From: Chloroflexota bacterium
GTDB taxonomy: Bacteria; Chloroflexota; Dehalococcoidia; UBA2979
Direction of reading: 5' to 3'
Length of the DNA stretch: 64,000 nt
Assembly: GCA_027593235.1 (NCBI GenBank)
Contig: JAQCIU010000003.1
Location: forward strand, 1 to 64,000
Part shown: piece by piece, positions 10,199-18,471 of the stretch
Position numbering within the stretch: position 1 is the first letter of the stretch
Layout of the letters: every line of letters starts with the position of its first letter
Notes under the pieces: model-generated
What the model was told of the DNA's origin: nothing
What the model saw: the letters and a program-made list of their open reading frames with translations, nothing else
Database searches by the model: none
Made by a program: the position numbers and the translations under genes

Positions 10199-11398
10199 CT
10201 ACTGGTAGATGACCAGCGCGGGCGTGGTGCTGAGCTTGAGGATCGTGGCTGGCGACATCAGCGGCGTGTCCCAATTGAAGAAGAGCTTGATCGCCGGGCG
10301 CTCCGCGTAGGGCGCGAGCGCGTAGCGGTCGTAGTGATCGATCTTGATCGCGGGGCCGCCGAGGCCATCCATATCGACGACCAGTTCGACCTCGGGTATG
10401 GCGTTGTACTGCGCGGTGCCGAACAGCATGTCCGGGGTGAACTGGTGCAGCACCAGCGCCTTCGGCGGGATGCCCTCGCGGCGGACGAGGGCGGCGAGGT
10501 AGGCCTGCACGGCGTTCACGTCGTTCGCACCGAGGCTGCCGATCACCTGGCCGGGCGCTTCACGATCGAGGGCGGTCGCGAACTCGGGATCGAGCGCGAC
10601 GTGGACGAACGGTTCGCGCAGGTAGGGCTCGAGGCGCTTCACCTCGGTGAGTGGATCGCCCCAGCCGATCTGGATATCGAGGAAGACGAGGGCGCCGGCG
10701 CTCCGCGCCGCCTCCACGTAGCCGGCGATCACGGCGGGATCCATGCGACCGAGGTAGGTGCCGTCGCCGTTGGGGCTGGTCTGCGCGACGGCGACGATCG
10801 GGTGCACGGCCGGGATCACGCCGAGGTTGCCGTTGAGGGCGTCGTACTGGCTGGCGAGCTTGCGGACCTCGGCGATGGCGCCGGCGGGGGTGTAGCTCCC
10901 GAGGACGCCCATCGTGGGGATGCCGGGGTAGCCATAGAAGGAGACAACCTGGGCGCCCTCGAAGACGGAGGCGTTGGCGGGGAGCTTCCAGGTGGCGGCG
11001 GCGGGGGCGTCGATGAAGTAGACCTCGCCAGCCGCGACGTTCTTGATGCGGGTGACACCCAATGGGGCGGCGGGGCCCCATCCGGCCCAGACGCGTTTCA
11101 CGGCGTCGAAGTGCCAGATGGAGAAGGCGGCCTGGCTGGCGCCGAAGTCGATGTTCCCGAAGGCGCGATCGGCGGTGCCGTCGGATCGGTCCCAGCGGAG
11201 CACGTTGGCGCCGGGCTTCAGCTTCAGTTCGCAGAGGGCCGGTTCGATGCGGGTCGCGGGCCCGAAGCTGGTGCTGGCGAGGCGCGGGGAGGCGCAGCCG
11301 GCGGTGGTGGCCGCCTGCGTCGATGAGGGGGTAGCGGCGACGAGGAGCGCCAGCCCGAGGAACGCCGCCGTGGCGGTGGCGAGGATGCGATGGAGGAT
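10199..11398 (-). CDS. Exported protein: signal peptide, PGAP-like module and conserved TIM-barrel-like hypothetical domain
   Basis: Frame is open from ATC at 11398 (GGGAG 7 nt upstream) and encodes the signal peptide ILHRILATATAAFLGLALLVAA; C-terminal FYGYPG...LDIQIG...HVALDPEF...LHQF...DMDG...KLFF. ORF track starts at internal GTG 11203. Confidence 0.75.
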   Translation of the reverse strand: MLHRILATATAAFLGLALLVAATPSSTQAATTAGCASPRLASTSFGPATRIEPALCELKLKPGANVLRWDRSDGTADRAFGNIDFGASQAAFSIWHFDAVKRVWAGWGPAAPLGVTRIKNVAAGEVYFIDAPAAATWKLPANASVFEGAQVVSFYGYPGIPTMGVLGSYTPAGAIAEVRKLASQYDALNGNLGVIPAVHPIVAVAQTSPNGDGTYLGRMDPAVIAGYVEAARSAGALVFLDIQIGWGDPLTEVKRLEPYLREPFVHVALDPEFATALDREAPGQVIGSLGANDVNAVQAYLAALVRREGIPPKALVLHQFTPDMLFGTAQYNAIPEVELVVDMDGLGGPAIKIDHYDRYALAPYAERPAIKLFFNWDTPLMSPATILKLSTTPALVIYQ

Positions 11399-11788
11399 GG
11401 CCGGGCTCCCTGCGGCGTGGGTGGTAGGTCAGCGTGGCCCTCGATCGGGGCTACTACGAGGGGACGATGCGGCGGGTCGCGGGCGTTCTGGCGACTCGGG
11501 ACGCGCGTGAGGGTCAACACACCGCGGGGCGCTATGCGCAAGCAATTCGCGGGTGGAATTTGAGGGATCAGGGCTCGACAACACGAGAATTCTGGCGCAC
11601 CGTCTTCAACACACCAAACTCGAATGTTAATCCGACTACTCAAACGTCACTACCGAGTGATGTAGCGGGTGATCGTGATCCATGTCCGGGGGGCGAGCGC
11701 CGCGGAAGCGAGGTGGGATGTGGCAGCGATGCCATCCCTCATTGCCGACCCCAGCTCCTCGACCGATTCACCCGAACGCGGGTGGGGG

Positions 11789-11817
11789 TCAAGTGCGGGG
11801 GTCCGACTTGCCGATGA
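11789..11817 (+). promoter_or_regulatory. Possible sigma-28 (FliA/SigD)-type promoter
   Basis: TCAAG-N16-GCCGATGA about 60 nt upstream of the riboswitch. Confidence 0.35.
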
Positions 11818-11875
11818 TGGAGTGAACCGGACGTCACGTTCGGACACACCATCGCACGGAAGCGGATGGCGTGCG

Positions 11876-11970
11876 CTCGCTGAGAGAGCAAACCCGTCGA
11901 AAGGCGGGGACGCAAAGGCACGGGCCTACCTCCACCCTCGGGTGGACAAGGTCGCCGACCTACCGAAGAG
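11876..11970 (+). ncRNA. GEMM-I (c-di-GMP-I class) riboswitch, A20 variant
   Basis: GCAAACCCGTC-GAAA-GGCGGGGACGCAAAG (P2 with GNRA loop), GCACGGGCCTAC...CAAGGTCGCCGACCTACCGA (P3 with tetraloop receptor); P1 CTCG/CG(A)AG abuts SD GAGGAG. Confidence 0.9.
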
Positions 11971-11980
11971 GAGACACGGT

Positions 11981-12862
11981 ATCCGAGTACGATTTGCCAC
12001 GTTGGCGGTGTTCTTGACCATCGCAATGGCACTCCCCACCCTCAATTCCGATCACGCCTCGGCGGCAACGCTGCCCGAGGGGGCGGTCACCCACGGGACC
12101 GCGGCGATCGCGAGTTCCTCCACGATTGCGGACGCAGCGCTCAAAGACCTCGGCACCTGGCAGGGCCAGTGCTTCAACTGGGTGAAGAAGGTCGTCGACC
12201 GCGCCACCCCGTATTCGATGGGCTGGGGGTACCGCGACGGGTACCTGGGCGCCGGCGCCGTGGAGGTGCCGCTGGAGAACGCGGTTCGCGGCGACATCAT
12301 CCAGCTCGCGAATGACGCAAACGCCGGTCCGGGTGCGTCCTACCTGGGTCTCCACACGGCGATCGTGCTGGAGAACCTGGGCGGCGGCCGGTTCGATGTG
12401 ATCGATTCCAACCAGAGCTGGGACGAGATTGTGCGCCTGCGCCCCGGCTACAAGCCGCTGGGTTCGGCGGCACGCTATCCCGGCATCTCCGTGCACGTGT
12501 ACCGGTTCCCCGGTGGCTCGGCCGTGGACGCTCCGCTCAGCGCGGCGCCACCACTGGCTGATGGCGCCGAGGCGATCGTGAACGCGGACGGCGATTGCCT
12601 CCGACTGCGCGCCACGCCGGGCCTCGCCGGGCTGCGGATCGACTGCATCCCGGACGGCACGGCGGTGTCCGTGACGGGAGCGGCAGTGAACGCCGATGGT
12701 CGCGCGTGGGTGCCGGTGGACTCCTACCTGGGCGCGGGATGGGTGGCGGCGAGCTTCCTGGTGAACTCGGTGCCTGATAACACGCCGGGGTTCCAGCCGA
12801 TCTCGACCAGCCCGATCCCGGGCAACACGACCGTTGACGATGTGACGCGGGTGCGGGACTAG
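11981..12862 (+). CDS. Secreted CHAP/NlpC-P60-like cysteine amidase with SH3b domain (N-terminal part of a probably longer gene)
   Basis: Signal peptide IRVRFATLAVFLTIAMAL...HASA; GQC...GDII...HTAIV...DSN; SH3b CLRLRATPGL...IPDGTAV...GWVAASFL; ATC start 7 nt after GAGGAG. Confidence 0.8.
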   Translation: MRVRFATLAVFLTIAMALPTLNSDHASAATLPEGAVTHGTAAIASSSTIADAALKDLGTWQGQCFNWVKKVVDRATPYSMGWGYRDGYLGAGAVEVPLENAVRGDIIQLANDANAGPGASYLGLHTAIVLENLGGGRFDVIDSNQSWDEIVRLRPGYKPLGSAARYPGISVHVYRFPGGSAVDAPLSAAPPLADGAEAIVNADGDCLRLRATPGLAGLRIDCIPDGTAVSVTGAAVNADGRAWVPVDSYLGAGWVAASFLVNSVPDNTPGFQPISTSPIPGNTTVDDVTRVRD

Positions 12863-12880
12863 GCCGGGTACACGCTGCCG

Positions 12881-13729
12881 GTGCCGCCGCTGGGTGGGCT
12901 GACGCGCGGGCTGGCCGGGACGAGCGACCCACAGGCGCTGGTTGATGCGCAGGCGTTCCCGGTGCAGACACTTTCGATGTTCGACATCGCGACGCAGAAG
13001 TACCTGTCGTACATCCCGGGCGCGCCGGCCTACGTCAGCACGCTGAACGCGAACACGCTGAAGGCGACTTCGATCGTCGCGGTGAAACGTGCGACGACGG
13101 GTGCGGCACTCTCCGTCGCGCCAACGCCGATCGCACTGAGCGGCCCTCGAGCGTTCCTGGTGCCGCCGCTGGACGGCCTGACGCAGGGGATCGCCGGCAC
13201 CACTGATCTGGATCTGCTGCTGGATGCGCAGACGTTCGAGGTGCAGACCGTCTCCGCGTGGGACGTGGCAACGCAGCGCTTCCTGACCTTCATCCCCGGT
13301 GCACCGGCGTACGTGAGCACGCTATCGAGCGCGACGCTGGAAGCAGACATGGTGGTGATGATGCGCCGCGGGGTCGCCCCTTCGGCCGCGAGCGTGCCGA
13401 ACCCGAAGGTGGACCAGCGGACGGCGTCGATTACCTATTACTACTGCACGCAGGGGGCCAACCCGGCGGGCTACGGTGACGGTGGCGGTTGGTGCGGCGG
13501 CATGGCCAACGGCGAGATCGTTTACGAGGGCGCGGCGTCATGCTCGGCGGCGTACCTCGGGCAGCAGTTCAAGATCCTCGGTGACCCGACGGCACGGACC
13601 TATACCTGCGCCGATACGGGCGGTGGGGTGACGGACGAGCACCGCGATATTTTCTTCAACAACAGCGATGACGGTCACGCGTGGTGGTTGCAGGTTGGCT
13701 CCACCGCGACGATCGAGATCGTCAGCTAG
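12881..13729 (+). CDS. Two PGAP repeats plus 3D/DPBB-like cell-wall domain; in-frame continuation of the preceding ORF
   Basis: Duplicated VPPLxGLTxGxAGT...D.ATQ..L..IPGAPAYVSTL; C-terminal ITYY...ADTGGGV...DIF; same frame as 11981..12862 across TAG 12860-12862; no clear RBS. Confidence 0.75.
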   Translation: MPPLGGLTRGLAGTSDPQALVDAQAFPVQTLSMFDIATQKYLSYIPGAPAYVSTLNANTLKATSIVAVKRATTGAALSVAPTPIALSGPRAFLVPPLDGLTQGIAGTTDLDLLLDAQTFEVQTVSAWDVATQRFLTFIPGAPAYVSTLSSATLEADMVVMMRRGVAPSAASVPNPKVDQRTASITYYYCTQGANPAGYGDGGGWCGGMANGEIVYEGAASCSAAYLGQQFKILGDPTARTYTCADTGGGVTDEHRDIFFNNSDDGHAWWLQVGSTATIEIVS

Positions 13730-13785
13730 CGCTCCGACCAGCGACCAGGCACCTCGTCGCATGTCCCGCCAGGGCGAGGAGCACC

Positions 13786-13819
13786 GGGGGCCGTCCGCAA
13801 GGACGGCCCCCACTTCTTT
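13786..13819 (+). terminator. Intrinsic terminator
   Basis: GGGGGCCGTCC-GCAA-GGACGGCCCCC followed by ACTTCTTT. Confidence 0.8.
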
Positions 13820-13842
13820 GCCCTCGATTTGCCGGTGATCGG

Positions 13843-14583
13843 CTAGCGGCGGAGCCGGTAGCGGAGGTAGAGCTCGCCGGTGGCGTGGTTCGGGATCGCG
13901 GAGATCAGCGTGAGCTGGGCGAGGAGCGCGGTGCTGGGCGGGCGATTGGAGCGGACGGGGGTGAGGGTTTCGTTGCCCCCGACGATGCGCGGCCCGAGCG
14001 TGAGGAAGTATTCGTCGACGAGCCCGGCGTCGAGGAGCATCCCGTTCAGCATGGGACCGCCCTCCACGAGGACGCGTGAGGCGCCGAGTTCCTGGCGCAT
14101 GTGGTGGAGCATCGCGCGGGCCGGATCCGCGGCGGGGACCGTGACGACCTCGCGGCCGGTCGCGCGGATCGCGGCGGCGCGTTCCGGCGCGGCGTCGCTT
14201 CCGAGGTAAACGATCGCGCGGAAGTCCTCGGCGGTGAAAAACAGCCGATCGAGGGGCATGTCGCCCGAGCCGGAGAGGACGGCGGCGATCGGGTTCGGCG
14301 AGAGGCCGCGCGCGGCGCGGATCGCCGCGAGTTCCGGATCGCCAAGGCGGGAGGAACTGCCGCTGGCACGGAGTGTGCTGGCGCCGTTGAGGACGACGTC
14401 CGCATTGACCCGCAGCTCGCGCATCAATCGCTGATCGACAGGGGTGCCGAGGCCCTGCTCGTTGCCCTCGACGACGACTTTGCCGTCCGCGGACATGACC
14501 ATGTTGGTGTAGACGAAGGGTCGATCCGGTGGCGGATCGGGGAACTCGAGCGTGACGTAGTCGGGCTTGGTGTGATCGGTCAC
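13843..14583 (-). CDS. RibD C-terminal / pyrimidine reductase family protein
   Basis: RPFVYTNMVMSADGK, ADVVLNGAST, VLVEGGP, LVDEYFLTLGP. Confidence 0.88.
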   Translation of the reverse strand: MTDHTKPDYVTLEFPDPPPDRPFVYTNMVMSADGKVVVEGNEQGLGTPVDQRLMRELRVNADVVLNGASTLRASGSSSRLGDPELAAIRAARGLSPNPIAAVLSGSGDMPLDRLFFTAEDFRAIVYLGSDAAPERAAAIRATGREVVTVPAADPARAMLHHMRQELGASRVLVEGGPMLNGMLLDAGLVDEYFLTLGPRIVGGNETLTPVRSNRPPSTALLAQLTLISAIPNHATGELYLRYRLRR

Positions 14584-14640
14584 GCGCGCACCTCGCTGGC
14601 CCCGCGGCCGCGCACGCCGGTGTCCACCGCCGTCTCCACG

Positions 14641-15939
14641 CTAGGGGATGATGAGCGTATCGCCGATCCGGATGAAGCCGTGGTTGCGGATGCTATTCGT
14701 CTTTGCGAGCTGTTCGACGGTGGTGTCGAAGGCGATCGCGATTGACCACAGCGAGTCGCCGGGCCGAACGGTGTAGCGCTTGCCGGACAGGTTCGTCGCG
14801 ACGGGGGTCGAGACCGGCGCGGGGAGCGCGCCGCCGCCGCTCCCGCCGGGGATGCGCAGTTGCTGGCCGATCGAGAGGAAATTGGCGTTGGTCAGGCTGT
14901 TCGCCTGGACGATCGCGTCCACTGAGGTGCCCCACTGGGCGGCGAGGGCGGAGAGGGTGTCGCCCGACTGGACGGAGTAGGTGAGCGTCCGTGGCGGCCG
15001 ATCGCGGAGTAGCTGCCAGACCGCCTCGTCGGTGACGCCGTAGCGCCAGACGGAGATTTCCTGCGCGTTGCTGGCGAATGACTCGTCGATGAAGTCGTTC
15101 CACTCGGTGCCGCCGGCGACGGTGCCGTCGCCGATCGGGTTCACCGGGAGGCCGAACCCGCCAACGGCGCGGATCGCGGACTGGAGGGCGAAGCGAGCGG
15201 TCACGCCGTCCGCGCCGGGGTCGTCTCCGGCTTTGCGGTACTTCGCGATGTTGCCGGAGTTGTTGAAGGCACCCCAGTAGACCTGCGGTGCGATGGCGTT
15301 GGAGAACTCGGCGAACTCCGCGAGTGGGATGCGCGGGACCTCCCACGGTCGGGCGTCGACGGAGGTGGTGATGACGGCGTTGGGTTCGTGACGACGCAGC
15401 TCCTCGCCGTAGCGGCTGGCGTCGTCGTTCGTGCCGCGCCAGAAGCCGGCGTGCGCCTCAAGATCGACGATCAGGCTGCGGGCGCCGGCGCCGATCACCT
15501 GTGCGCCGATGGTCGCCTCGGCGACGGGATCAGTGCCGTGGAGGACGCCCCAGGCATGGAAGGGGACGCCGCCGTCCTCGAAGTAGCGCGCCATCGCGGA
15601 GATCGCGGCGGGGCCGTCGATGCCGTCGTCCTTGTCGTACTTCGACATCCAGTCGGTGCCGTCGTGGACCTTGAGCGCGATGCCGAGGCCGTGGCTGGCG
15701 AGGACGTTGCGGATCGCCTCGCGCTCGCCGTCGTGTCGGAATTGCCAGACCCAGGCGAGGTGGCGCGGTTCGCCGAGGGCGACGGTTGCGCGCGGTAAGG
15801 CGGGCAGCGCGGGCGTGACGCCGAAGGCTGGCCCGGTACCGCGCGCGAACACGGTGCGCGGTAGCGCGAGGGCGACCGGGACTGCGGCGGCGGAGGCGAG
15901 GAAACGGCGACGGGAGACGGAGCGGCTGTGCCGGCTCAC
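14641..15939 (-). CDS. Tat-exported glycoside-hydrolase-like protein with two LysM domains
   Basis: SRRRFL twin-arginine signal; DLE and APQVYW barrel motifs; LysM YSVQSGDTLSALA and YTVRPGDSLWSIA. Confidence 0.85.
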   Translation of the reverse strand: MSRHSRSVSRRRFLASAAAVPVALALPRTVFARGTGPAFGVTPALPALPRATVALGEPRHLAWVWQFRHDGEREAIRNVLASHGLGIALKVHDGTDWMSKYDKDDGIDGPAAISAMARYFEDGGVPFHAWGVLHGTDPVAEATIGAQVIGAGARSLIVDLEAHAGFWRGTNDDASRYGEELRRHEPNAVITTSVDARPWEVPRIPLAEFAEFSNAIAPQVYWGAFNNSGNIAKYRKAGDDPGADGVTARFALQSAIRAVGGFGLPVNPIGDGTVAGGTEWNDFIDESFASNAQEISVWRYGVTDEAVWQLLRDRPPRTLTYSVQSGDTLSALAAQWGTSVDAIVQANSLTNANFLSIGQQLRIPGGSGGGALPAPVSTPVATNLSGKRYTVRPGDSLWSIAIAFDTTVEQLAKTNSIRNHGFIRIGDTLIIP

Positions 15940-16147
15940 GGGGGAACCCCTGACTCACGCGCAATCTATACCGTTGCGCGCTCGGTCCCCACCGAGCTCC
16001 AGTATGCCACGAGTGAGGAACGGTGTGTCATAACGATCGGATGTGCGCGCGCGAACTTTCGAACCACTGGCGTGGCAGGCGGGTCCTATCATGGCTGTGA
16101 CGGGCGAGGCAGGAAGCCTCGCCCGCGCTGCTGATCGGGGAGGTCCC

Positions 16148-17200
16148 GTGGCTGAGAACGCGATGAGCAGTGTGGGCGTGCCGCGCGAGACGAAGATCGG
16201 TGAGTACCGCGTGGGGCTGACGCCGCGGGTGACCGCGGATCTCACGGCGCTGGGCATCGAGGTACTGGTCGAGCGATCGGCGGGCGTTGGTGCGGGGTTC
16301 CCGGATACCGCGTACGTGGACGCGGGCGCCCGGCTCGTGGACGTTGACGGCGCCTTCGGCGCCGAACTGGTGATGAAGGTGAAGGAACCGAACCCGGACG
16401 AGGTCGCCCGGCTGCAGCGCGGCCAGACGCTGTTCACGTTCGTCCACCTCCCGGGGAACCCACAGTTGCGCGCGCCGCTGGAGGCGAGTGGCGCGACGGT
16501 GCTGGCCTACGAGTTGCTGGAAGACGAGCTGGGCCGCAACCCGATCCTGGCGCCGATGAGCTTCATCGCCGGTCGGCTCGCCTCGCAGATTGGCGCGCAC
16601 TACCTGGAGGGCACCAGCGGCGGGCGCGGGGTGCTGCTGGGCGCGGTGCCGGGCACGGAGCCGGCGCTGGCGGTGGTGGTTGGCGCGGGCGTGGTTGGCC
16701 GGCAGGCCGCCGAGGTGGCGCACGGGATGGGCGGTCGGGTGATCCTGGTCGACAGCCGTGAGGATCACGCACGCAAGGTGGCGGCGGAGGTGGGGGCGCT
16801 GGCGACGGCGATTGAGCCGGATCAACTGGCATCGGTACTGGCGGAGGCGAGCCTGATCGTGGGCGCGGTGCACCGTCCGGGCGAGGCGGCTCCGCACGTG
16901 GTCAGCGAGCAGATGATCGCAACGATGCCGCCGGGATCGGTGGCGGTGGACGTGGCGATCGACGAGGGCGGGTGCTTCGAGACCTCGCGGCCGACCTCGC
17001 ACGCCGAACCGACGTATGTGAAGCACGGCGTGATCCACTACTGCGTGCCGAACATGCCGAGCATGGCGGCACACGACGCGACGGTGGCGCTGGTTGCGGC
17101 GACGCGACCGCACATCCTGACGCTGGTGCAGGGCGGGCTGGCGGTGTTCCGGACGAACCCGGGACACGCGAAAGCGATCGCAGTCGAGCCGGGCCGGTAG
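16148..17200 (+). CDS. ald: Alanine dehydrogenase
   Basis: GVPRETKIGEYRVGLTP, KVKEP, FTFVHL, PILAPMS, GAGVVG, VDVAIDEGGCFETS, HYCVPNMP. Confidence 0.92.
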   Translation: MAENAMSSVGVPRETKIGEYRVGLTPRVTADLTALGIEVLVERSAGVGAGFPDTAYVDAGARLVDVDGAFGAELVMKVKEPNPDEVARLQRGQTLFTFVHLPGNPQLRAPLEASGATVLAYELLEDELGRNPILAPMSFIAGRLASQIGAHYLEGTSGGRGVLLGAVPGTEPALAVVVGAGVVGRQAAEVAHGMGGRVILVDSREDHARKVAAEVGALATAIEPDQLASVLAEASLIVGAVHRPGEAAPHVVSEQMIATMPPGSVAVDVAIDEGGCFETSRPTSHAEPTYVKHGVIHYCVPNMPSMAAHDATVALVAATRPHILTLVQGGLAVFRTNPGHAKAIAVEPGR

Positions 17201-18417
17201 ATGACGGTCGAGTTCCGCGCCGCACACGAGGACGAACTCGCGGACTACCTGCGGGTGGTGAAGTACGTCTTCGCGGTGCCGCCGAACGACCCGAACGAAC
17301 AGGAACCCTCGCGCTGGCGGCTGCGCCCCGAGCACACGATGTGCGCGTTCGTTGATGGGCAACTGGTGTCCTCGTACGCCGCGAACGACTTCACGGTGCG
17401 GCTGAACGGCGCGCCGGTGCGGATGGCCGGGGTGACGAACGTGGGAACGCTGCCGGGCTACCGGCGGCGCGGCCTAGTTCGCGAGCTGGTGACGCGCGGC
17501 CTCGCAGACGCGCGCGATCGCGGGCAGAGCTGCGCGATCCTGTGGGCCTCGTACGGCGCGATCTACCAGCGCTTCGGGTACGGGCTGGCCTCGACGCATA
17601 CGACGTACACCTGGGATCCGCGCTACGGCGCGCTCAGCGGACCGCCGGTGGACGGGCAGACGGACGTGGTGGAGCCGGCCGTGGGGCGGCCGATCGCGGA
17701 GGCGCTGCTGGCGAGCTACGTGCAGCCGCGCAACCTGGTGATCGAGCGCAGCGAGCAGAGCTGGACGCGGCGGCTGAGCCAAACGACCCGACCCAGAGGC
17801 CGCACCAGATGGCGGTCTATCGGAACGCGGGCGGCGAGCCGCGCGGCTACCTCACCTTCCGCAACCGCGATCACGAGGACTGGAACCCAGGCCCGAACCA
17901 GTACATGACGGTGACCGAGTTCGTGGCGCTGGACATCGAGGCCTATCGCGGCCTCTGGGAGTTCCTGGCGGCGCACGACCTGGTACGTGAGATCGAGGTT
18001 GAACGGGTGCCCGAGGACGATCCAGCGCCGCTGCTGTTGCTGGAACCTCGGACGCTGCGACGGCGCACGGGCGACGGGATCTGGATGCGGATCGCCGACG
18101 TGGAGCTGGCGCTGAGTCAGCGGCCTTATGGGGGCGTTGGCGCGCTGACGCTGGCGATTGAGGACGATGTGTGCACCTGGAACGCCGGTCGGTTCCGGCT
18201 CGAGACGGACGGTCCCGAGACCGTGGTGACGCGGACCCTTGAGCCCGCGGACCTGACGATGCCGGTGGCGCGGCTGGCGCAGCTCCTGAGCGGCTTCGCC
18301 AGCGCGAGCCAGTTGGCGCGCGCCGGCCTGATCGAGGCACGCGACGCGAGTGCCCTCGAAACGGCGGATCGCCTGTTCGCGACGAACTACCGGCCCTACT
18401 GCCAGGACGGCTTCTAG
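17201..18417 (+). pseudogene. Eis-like GNAT acetyltransferase (GNAT-GNAT-SCP2) interrupted by a 1-nt frameshift near 17777
   Basis: First frame carries VGTLPGYRRRGL and LWAS...IYQRFGYG; second frame continues AYRGLWEFL...WMRIADVELAL..RPY...WNAGRF...PYCQDGF. Confidence 0.85.
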
Positions 18418-18471
18418 TTCGCGATACCTTGTGTCTAGCCGCAGCTGTGAGCCGGCTGGCAAAGGATTGCA

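Noticed and set aside
11669-11980. 104-aa N-terminal extension of the CHAP protein
   Set aside because: Runs through the promoter and riboswitch and would bury the signal peptide
12860-12862. Genome-wide TAG recoding (pyrrolysine or alternative code)
   Set aside because: Many conserved genes here (purE, purK, cobO, pepC, chrA) end properly at TAG; no pyl genes seen
17150-17210. ald-GNAT read-through fusion or truncated ald (TAG directly followed by ATG)
   Set aside because: Abutting genes are common, all AlaDH core motifs are present, and a slightly short C-terminus cannot be judged by eye
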